Shown: positions 55,983-64,000 of the stretch, piece after piece | Layout of the letters: the number at the start of each line of letters is the position of its first letter | Numbering within the stretch: the first letter of the stretch is position 1 | From: Nageia nagi | Taxonomy: Eukaryota; Plantae; Pinophyta | DNA: 64,000 bases | Direction of reading: 5' to 3' | Assembly (NCBI GenBank): GCA_050084985.1 | Contig: JBITNC010000001.1 | Coordinates: 146,258,001-146,322,000 of the forward strand | The notes under the pieces: generated by a model | Told to the model about the DNA's origin: nothing | Databases searched by the model: none | The model's input: only the letters and a program-made list of their open reading frames with translations | Position numbers and translations under genes: made by a program

Positions 55983-56116
55983 TCACAAACTCACAAGCAA
56001 TTGTCAAGCACCAACATAAAAGCTCTAGTACCACATGCTAGTATGAATTAATATTATATAATTAGTAAGCAATATATTATCTATTTCATTTAAATATGTA
56101 GAAGGAATAATGTGAA

Positions 56117-56352
56117 CATAAAAACATAAACAAAATCCAAACTGTAAATGAGGAGAAAAGAAAATTAATAAGGTTCACCTAATGTGGGCTATGTCCTATG
56201 AGAAACTATCAGTCCTTGTGCTTGGAGCCATTACATCAAGAAAGAAATATATCAAGAATACTTCTTTGCTATTCTATCTCTGATCAACATTCAATTATAG
56301 AGATTGTAGTTAGTGATTTGAATCAATATCTATATTTTTTGCTAGCTGATAT
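56117..56352. repeat. ~235-bp LTR segment, direct repeat copy 1
   Basis: CATAAAA.CATAAACAAAATCCAAACT.TAAATGAGGAGAAAAG...GATTGTAGTTA..ATTTGAATCAATAT repeated at 60991-61225. Confidence 0.93.
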
Positions 56353-56369
56353 AATGATTTATTTTGCAT

Positions 56370-59300
56370 CTTTAGAGGATTTTTTGCCTCTTCCTAAATA
56401 ATTTTATGTTATTTTCTATAAACCTTAGTACTAATGATATACCAAGAATTGTTGATAGTGAAATTAATTTCTTCATTTCTTCCACTTGCTATTACGAGGA
56501 GGTCACTAATAAGAAATGGTAAATAGTATGTGAGTCCTACCAAGTGGTATTTTTAATATCAAATTAAACTATCGGTATATCAATAAGCATTTTATAGGTA
56601 GAGGGGTATTTAAAAATAATAGAGATACTACCTATATAAATCAAGTCCTCCCTATAGAAACCCAAAACAAGGATTTCATTACCTTATTTCTTGATATATA
56701 AGGTAGCTTTAGATTTTGTCCTTTTAATGACACTTTTTTCAAAGTAGCCAACAATTCTAATGTATCAAGATCTTGGACTTTGCTTAATACCATACACTAT
56801 CTTATTCAACATGTACATAAAATTCTCCTTCCCTTTTACCTCAAAACATTGAGGTTTTTGTACATAAATTTTCTCATATAAGTACCCATTTAGAAATTCA
56901 TGTTTGAAATCTATATGATGTATAGTCTAATATTTATGAGTATCAAAGGAAAGCACCATTCTAACAATTTCTTACCTTACTACAAGAGGAAATATTTCTT
57001 CATGATCAACCCATATTTCTATGTGGATTCATTAGCAATGAAACATAATTAAAATATTTGAACATTCCCATCACTATTATATTTGGTATTGTAGACCCAC
57101 TTGGATTAGACACACTTCTTTTCTTTGGGAAGCTCACACAGCTCCCAAGTATCATTTCTAACAATGAAAATGAAATCATATTTCATAGCTTACACCCAAA
57201 AATTATTAATACAAGAATTTTCATAGCAAGGAGTCTAAAAATAGTAGTAGAAAGCAAAGCATAGTGTGCCATGTCACCTTTGGGTTCACCATCATCTTCA
57301 TCTCCATACATGTACATATTTGAAAGTCTTTCCACAACTTAATCCATCTCTTAGGTATGGACTTTAGTCATCCTTCTTTAAAAATTGGTATCCAATGCTT
57401 CATAAGGTGGATGGATTTGAAGTGCTTTAGCCCTTCTTTTTGTTCTTGTCACTTGGGATAAAATGTTAGATGGCTAATCACTAGTAGAAGGGCTAGATTT
57501 ATTTTTTTGGACTATTTGATGGAATAATTGAAACAAGACTAGGTGGAAAAATAAGAATGTTGGTGCTACCCCCATTATTGGTGTTGGATCTTGTGCTAGC
57601 ATTACCTCTAGAAGAAGTAGATTACCCATAATTATACATAACTAGCTTCACATTTTGTTGCATCTTCTTCCCCATGTAAAAACTTGAATGATCCTCTAAA
57701 TTGGTTTCATCATCAACATATAGATTTTGATGATCATAGACTCTCCCTTTATCAAAATTGATATCTTTTGAGAGAATAGCCTTCCTAGTTTCGGGATTAT
57801 AAATTCTATAGGATTGAAAATGAAAACTTGACTATTTGTCTTAAACTTATTCCTTTATTCATCAACTATATGTGAAAATGTTTTGAACCGAAAAACTTCG
57901 AAGTTATTCACATTGAGATTCTTTTGATATCAAGCATCATAACGACTGATATTATCAAAGCTTCTTGTGGGATTTTTGTTTAAAATTTATATATTACCAT
58001 CCTATTAGAATCAACCCAATACATGTTTGTTAATTGTTTGGTTTGTAACATGCTTCTAGCCAACTTTATAATAGTCATATTTTTTCTTTTTACAACTTCA
58101 TTTTATTATGGATTATAGGCAGTAGTGATTTTCCTCCAAATCCTCATTATCCTTACAAAATTGGAGGAATTCATTGGAGAAAAAATCTCCACCATGGTCA
58201 ATCCTCAAATATTTAATCATATAATATTTAAAATATTGAAATACTTCATCTTTATATTTAAGGAAGAAGACACAATATATTCAAGACTAAATATCAATGA
58301 AGATAAGAAAGTAAGAGTTCCTACCTAATCTGTAACTTTGGATAGGTCTATAAATATTTGAATTAATCAACTACAATGGGTAAGATATCCTCCATGCTTC
58401 TTGTTTAATAAATCTCTTCCTAACATAATTCTCAAGAGAACACACTTCACACATAGCTTTGGAGTCCACCACATTAGAAAAACCACATACCATCTAATGC
58501 GATGTCAACAATTTCATATGCCCAAAGTTTAAGTGGCCAAATCTAATATATCACAAACAATTTTATTTTTTAATTATCATTCCATATGAAAAAATATTTA
58601 CAATTTTTCTCTCTTTACCTCCAAACTTTAAATTAAATAACCTATTCTTTGGCATGGGAATAAATAGCAACTAACTTATTCTAGCTATTATTCTTTCCAT
58701 AAATGACATACTTTCCATCATTAAAAACTAATTTATAGTTCCTCTCCATGATTTTTACTACACTTAACAAATTATATTTTATATTTGGAGCATAACAAAA
58801 TATCATGTAACTTCTTATTTCCTTCATTCGTGGCCCATTCCATCACATCCTTTGCTACAAAAGTTAAGTATTTTTTATCACCAAGCCTAATGTTATACTT
58901 GTAGGATTATCCAAGGAAGAGAACATATCCTTGTTGCTAGTCATATAATTTAAACACCTCGTATCAAGAAAACAAGTATGTTAGAGGTTTTTCATAGCTT
59001 GACAATAAGATAGAAATAATATTTGTTAAATAGGAACCACTTCCTCTATATAGTTTTTAGACCTCCCTCCATTACCATGTTAAGCTTGACACTACCTTCC
59101 AAATGATCAAACTTATTATAGTGGTAACATTGTACATATTCTTCTTGTCACTTCTTCCTAATCCTTGACTATGAGCAGAACCATCTTGATTTCATCCATC
59201 TATTCCTTTGAAGGATTTTTGACCTCTTCTTTGACCATTTTATGTTATTTTCTATAAAACTTAGCACCAATGCTAGGCCGAGTATTGATTCTATTAAAAT

Positions 59301-60993
59301 TCCTTTCTTCATTTCTTCCACTTGTAGTTACGGGGAGGTCACTAATAGGAAATGGTAAATAGCATGTGAGTCCTAACAAGTGGTATTTTTAATATCAAAT
59401 TGAACTATCAGTATATCAGTAAGTATTTTATAAGGGGAGGTGTGTTAGGGGTATTTAAAACTAATGTAATGTATTATATTGATATAAAAAAGAGAAAGGA
59501 GATGGGGGTACCTTTGGGAGATTTGAGGACAAATTTGATTTTTTATGTTAAATCTATTATCATATTAATTATTTAATTTCCCCAAATTATCCTTTTTTTA
59601 ATTATTAGACTTGAAAATTTGATCAATTTGTTACACTTTTAGACACCTCTTCATCGATTTAAATCATGCTCCTCACTTTCTCTATAACCTCCAACTACAC
59701 TGACTAAGCTATTTGCATATCTAAGAGAGCTAGTGTGACACACCCTTAATACCATGAGCCCTCAAAAGTTGAAACTATGTCTCAAAACCAAAATTTGGTG
59801 TCTCCATCAATAGGCCAAGCCTCTTAGGCTCTTCCCTTGACTATCTTAATAATCACTCTTATTTAGTGAAACATAAACTCCTTTAGACTATATTTTGTTT
59901 GAAAAGTAATGAATTATGAAAAATAAAATAAAGTTTTTATTTTATTTTATTGAGCATTTCTTTTTAATTAAAATTCTATATTTGTTTTAAAGGAAAATGA
60001 GAACTAAAAAATTATATTTTTAAATGATAAAGAACTTGTCCAACGTATTATAGGAGGAAGGGGATAAAGGAAGGAAATGAAAAATTTATTAAAATTAATT
60101 TCAATTTAGCTTGTAAATCAACATGTTTAATGGTTTTTGAGCCTTCCTTGATATTCTACCATTAATCTCACATCAATTTTCTTACTTTGGAACTTTGAGG
60201 AGTATGACGGAAGTATATGTTCATGCTCAATAATAGATAGTTTTTTTTCTGTAAATAAAATATTATATTAATTCTAAGTAAAATATTTTATAAGCATAAA
60301 TAACTTATTTTAACAAAGTTGTAGGTGTTAATTAAATTTGAAGGATCTAAAGCTATATTCATATGTTTTTGCTATTTATTTTTAAATATACCCTTTTTAA
60401 AATGAAAAGAAAATATAACATGAACAAAATAATCATGATAATTTTATTATATAAATTATATGAGAAACAATTATTCAAGCAATTAATTGAAATCAAATAT
60501 TATTAAAAATGATAAATAAAAAGTTATAAATATAAAATTAAAATGACAAAAATAATCATTTAAAAAAGCAAAAGCATTATTTTAGATATTAAAACTTCTA
60601 ATACTTTAATTTTTATTTAATATTAATCATTATTATCTTTTTTCATCAAAGACTACAAGTCAAAAATTTAATTTATCGAGTGAGCTTCCACATTCAAATA
60701 GATTACATCTATGACCTTTCCTAAATGGTAATAAATGGATAAGAAATCCAATGGTTGATAATTTATGTCCATGTATAACATATATCATGGCCTCTATGGT
60801 ATCCAATGAAGGAGGAGAAGCATGGAATCATTTAAAGAATCAAAGAGTTGAAGAATTGAATATTAACCTTGGTGAGCTGAACCCTCATTTTGGTTATCAT
60901 ATCCACCCACCCTCTTTCTCTACTTTTTTGGATGTTAGATTCTTTACAATAGTACCACCCCATACTTATCCTTATCCTTGTTTTTGGGAGCAT
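56370..60993. repeat. 4.6-kb duplicated block: ~250 bp of array unit plus a copy of 19137-23449 (copia pol/gag and first array unit)
   Basis: 56619-60993 is colinear with 19137-23449 (ORF pairs 19576/57058, 20647/58125, 23243/60751), about 90% identical by eye; 56374-56618 matches ~28782-29028. Confidence 0.95.
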
Positions 60994-61225
60994 AAAAGCA
61001 TAAACAAAATCCAAACTATAAATGAGGAGAAAAGAAAATTAATAAGGTTCACCTAATGTGGGCTACGTCTTATGAGAAACTAATGATCCTTGTGCTTGGA
61101 GCCATTATGTCAAGAAAGAAATATATCAACAATACTGCTTTGCTATTCTATCTCTGATCAACATTCAATTCTAGAGATTGTAGTTACTAATTTGAATCAA
61201 TATATGTATTTCTCTCTAAATGATA
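60991..61225. repeat. ~235-bp LTR segment, direct repeat copy 2
   Basis: Matches 56117-56352; followed by the remainder of the LTR to 61366. Confidence 0.93.
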
Positions 61226-61594
61226 TTACCAATCTATAATAGTCGATGCATACATAATAAGAGTATACCTTTAATCTATAAAGTATGTACTATATATAAT
61301 ATCAGATACTTTGTAAACAACATAATATCTAACTTGGCTTTGCACATCACATTGTAATTCCTAACAACTCTTCATAACATTATTCCATCGTAAATTGAAA
61401 TTCCAAACTAGCTTTGCATAGTGCTTTGAAATTCAATCATGTCTTTATTCCTCCAACTACTTGCTATTTGTTACTTCCCTTTTGGTATCATATTCCATAT
61501 TGGTAAATGCGCTCCAACCCAACATATACTCTCTTACTTGTTGAAATTAGTTGATTCCTTGTATTTTTCAATCACTTAATTTCTAGAAAGAAAT

Positions 61595-61690
61595 CTTTTG
61601 ATTCCTTATAATCATTTGATTTCTACAAATAATTCATTTGATTTCTAGCAATCATTTGATTCTTTTCTAGAGTCATTTCATTTTCACTAA
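61595..61690. repeat. Degenerate minisatellite (TCATTTGATT core, ~18-23-bp period)
   Basis: About five copies of (TCA)TTTGATT(T)CT. Confidence 0.6.
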
Positions 61691-64000
61691 TTCTCTTTAC
61701 TGATCAAATTATACAACTTTTCATGAGGAAATAATTGATTTTATGCTAAAATATATTTTTACAATTATTTAGCTTTAATTATTAAATCAAGTATACTATA
61801 AATAATATTCATTATAAAACTTATATATTTATTTGTAAAGCATTTTAAAATTAAATATCAAGAAAGTTTAGATTCATTTAATATGCACTAAACAAAGACA
61901 TAATTAACTTCCCTCCTCAACATTCTTCTCACATTCACCATGTGGTAGGATGGTTTACAAATACCACCTATACTTATGAGTATTTTAAGTTATGAAGTGA
62001 CTTTAAGAATTGAGATCATATGATTTGTAAAAACTTTAAATAATGAGTTTTAACTATAAAATACCTTTTAAATATTGAATTGACATATTTTATAATTAAA
62101 TCAATTGATATTTATTTAAAATTCTCTCCAATAATATAAAACTAAGTTACATTACTTTTATATATCTTAAATGATTGAGTTTAGAAAAAGTATATCAGAG
62201 TAATTATATAACACATTAATTAAATTTTGTTAAGACATTTAATGATAATAATTACTATGGAATATCTTATTTATATAACTAAATAATGATAATTATATTA
62301 TAGGTAACATATATATAATGTGAATAATCATTTAAAATATGTGTATAGTTGTGGTAGCCACCTAATATCAATATGCTTGATTTCTACTTTAGGTGATTTC
62401 AAAGTAATGAGCTTGAAATCATACTTAGTGTTGACATCTAATTTGGATAAATTTTATCCTAAATTAGTTTTCTTAATACTTAGTTGATTGTAATTAATAT
62501 TTTAATATGATATCTAGCTTTATTATCTTTTGGGCTAACTTAAGTCCTATATCATATTGTTTCTATCTTTTGTTGGATAGGGAAACTAACATCAAAAATA
62601 GCTTATAAACATGCATCATGGTGGTTCTCTAGCATATAAAAAATGAAATCCCTCACATGAGATTATTATCAAAATGTTATCTTGATAAGATAATTTTATC
62701 CTCTTGGGTGCTCTTCAATACTACCTATTGAGATTGAGTTATTTGGTATTATATGAGTTCTTATCATTCTCTCATTCATTATTAAAATACATTATACTTG
62801 TTGATATGATATATAATAATATAAATCTTGATTATGATGCTTTAAAAACATCTATAGCATACAAAAAACCTTGTGGATAAACTTCTTGCATATATCTTAC
62901 ACAAACATAATACATATATTGCATAAGAAACATCAGTACAAAAGCCATATGTATATCATTTTCTTTCCAGCTAGTTTACTATATAGAAATATCTTGCATA
63001 TATGCATAATATTTATAAATAAAACTTATGCATATATAATTGAAGTCTATATGCATAGTATTGAATCTAACCTTATTAAATATGTGGAATCGATCATGAT
63101 CCAAAATAATTTCTAGACTAAATTAAGATGATATTTGATCTTATCAGCTATGATCCTCTGGATAGTCTAAAAAGATGAGGAGCATGGGAAATTTTAAAAT
63201 GGGAGGAAAGGTGGGAGATATAAAAGGATAAATTTATCTATTAGGAAAATAGAATCCTCTTCTTATTGTAGTAATATTAGGTTAATTGAAATACATGCTT
63301 CATTTTTTATCCTACTTTTCAATGCTATACACATATATTTATCAAGATAGTCATGAACACACATGATAGCCGATAATATTTACCTATTAAGGAAAATAAA
63401 AAAGAAGATTAAATTAATGATAGTATCACCAAAAACTGATTCATTAAAACATGTTAATAATATTGTAGAATATAATTTTAGTATTTCAATAAGAATTTAA
63501 GTGAATGGCTACAATATGCAAACACTTGAGAGTTTCTCAACCATTTTTTTCTATGAATATCTTGTGATCATTGTAGTTCAAGAGATAGTATTTCTCTATT
63601 GTACAATCACTTCAATACCTTAAACAATGTTATTTATGTGCATATATTCTTATCCCTATAGTTTATGAGATTATTTTTCCCTATTGTATCTTAACAAATA
63701 ATCTATAAATGATTATTATTGTATTATACACCCACTAAAATATTATACATGTATTGTTACATTTTTAACCATGCTATCAAAAATAAAATGTGGGATTTAT
63801 GATTGCTATTAATAAGCTACTTCTTGGTTATATATTATACGAGATTCTAATCAGTGATGAAATAAAAAGAGATCTTTTAGAGACTATAGTTTAACTATAA
63901 AGAAAGTGTTCGACCACTTTGTTATTATTTATAATTAGGATAATTTATTGGATGAGGAGTATAACTACTTTATTTGAATGAGTAATTCTTAATACATCAT

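Larger units (their letters stand above)
52615..61366 (-). mobile_element. Degenerate Ty1/copia, Tnt1/Tork-like (interrupted 5' LTR, PBS, gag, PR, INT, RT; 3' end lost)
   Basis: PBS TGGTACTAGAGC (56022-56033); gag ORF 55482-55982; protease VDFSASYHVT (~55190-55220); HNRIGHMSE..CEDYVYGKQ (54666-54884); integrase IKYLKLNNDGE..PQENGMFERMN (54185-54523); RT LILYLDNML..FNMKDFGKARQILGMKI (52896-53189); LTR ends TGCTAG at 56036 and CCTAACA at 61366. Confidence 0.9.

Noticed and set aside
1-64000. CRISPR arrays, prokaryotic operons or defence systems
   Set aside because: Plant nuclear TE-rich DNA with no repeat-spacer structure or prokaryotic genes
61700-64000. AT-rich tail including ORF 62871-63116
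   Set aside because: No recognisable motifs; low-complexity ORF expected by chance

Overview
Very AT-rich, CpG/CHG-depleted eukaryotic DNA from a large-genome land plant. The extreme C->T/G->A decay resembles heavily methylated gymnosperm/gnetophyte genomes, but the species is only an inference. I can support no intact protein-coding or RNA gene. The window is mostly decayed transposons: a + strand Ty3/gypsy lacking integrase (1-5390), MULE and copia scraps (17.5-18.9 kb), a - strand Ty1/copia (19.1-21.9 kb) whose gag end seeds a ~2.1-kb tandem array (21.6-29.7 kb), a near full-length L1-type LINE (29.7-35.0 kb), a - strand chromovirus with a ~5.1-kb LTR (40.3-52.6 kb), and a - strand Tnt1/Tork-like copia (52.6-61.4 kb). 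The 5' LTR of the last element contains a 4.6-kb mosaic copy of the 19-29 kb region. The one compositional exception is a ~1.8-kb CpG-retaining island (7.7-9.5 kb). It holds a frameshifted ABCG half-transporter fragment, a probable DMP/DUF679 remnant on the opposite strand, and a tandemly duplicated MSA(AACGG)+TATA promoter-like module. Identities and domain calls are by-eye readings, not computed alignments. I found no clear evidence of a new functional system; the island and the gag-derived array are the best leads.
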